Part shown: positions 63,373 through 64,000 of the stretch, piece by piece
How positions within the stretch are numbered: position 1 is the first letter of the stretch
How the letters are laid out: each line of letters starts with the position of its first letter
Origin: an uncultured delta proteobacterium
GTDB taxonomy: Bacteria > Myxococcota > Myxococcia > Myxococcales > Anaeromyxobacteraceae
Direction of reading: 5' to 3'
DNA: 64,000 bases
Assembly (NCBI GenBank): GCA_963845515.1
Contig: CAWJSR010000023.1
Span: 64,001 to 128,000, forward strand
Program-made: the position numbers and the translations under genes
The notes under the pieces: model-generated
The model's input: the letters and a program-made list of their open reading frames with translations, nothing else
Databases searched by the model: none
Told to the model about the DNA's origin: nothing

Positions 63373-64000
<628 letters not shown>

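Overview
A very GC-rich bacterial chromosomal segment. Gene content and order point to an Anaeromyxobacter-like Myxococcota member (inference). Bases 1-11.2 kb hold small accessory genes: a secreted hypothetical, an ankyrin protein, a mazEF-type TA pair, an Ntn C-N hydrolase, SRPBCC, SDRs, pirin, crcB and an orphan MCP-cheW pair. Housekeeping and envelope genes follow: mobA, fabI, an MBL hydrolase, iscA/erpA, ppx, a 5'-nucleotidase, tolQRAB, murI, ftsEX-envC, ctpA, a GT2, ftsY and smc. The window ends with a type II secretion operon gspC-N, a sigma54 enhancer-binding protein, rpmE, rho and the 5' part of ligA. About ten single-base frameshifts, many in homopolymers and in conserved genes, look like long-read errors rather than pseudogenes. 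No rRNA, tRNA, CRISPR array, transposase or integrase was seen. The most interesting signals: (i) palindromic repeats translated inside tolR and the gspI leader; (ii) an unannotated Flp-like pilin gene coupled to a sigma54 activator, with twin palindromic enhancer boxes and a sigma54 promoter before the T2SS operon; (iii) recurrent leaderless -10/start architecture; (iv) a sigma54-preceded pair of paralogous Cys-rich lipoproteins; (v) a TA-bearing islet splitting envC from ctpA. No large novel system can be claimed with confidence.
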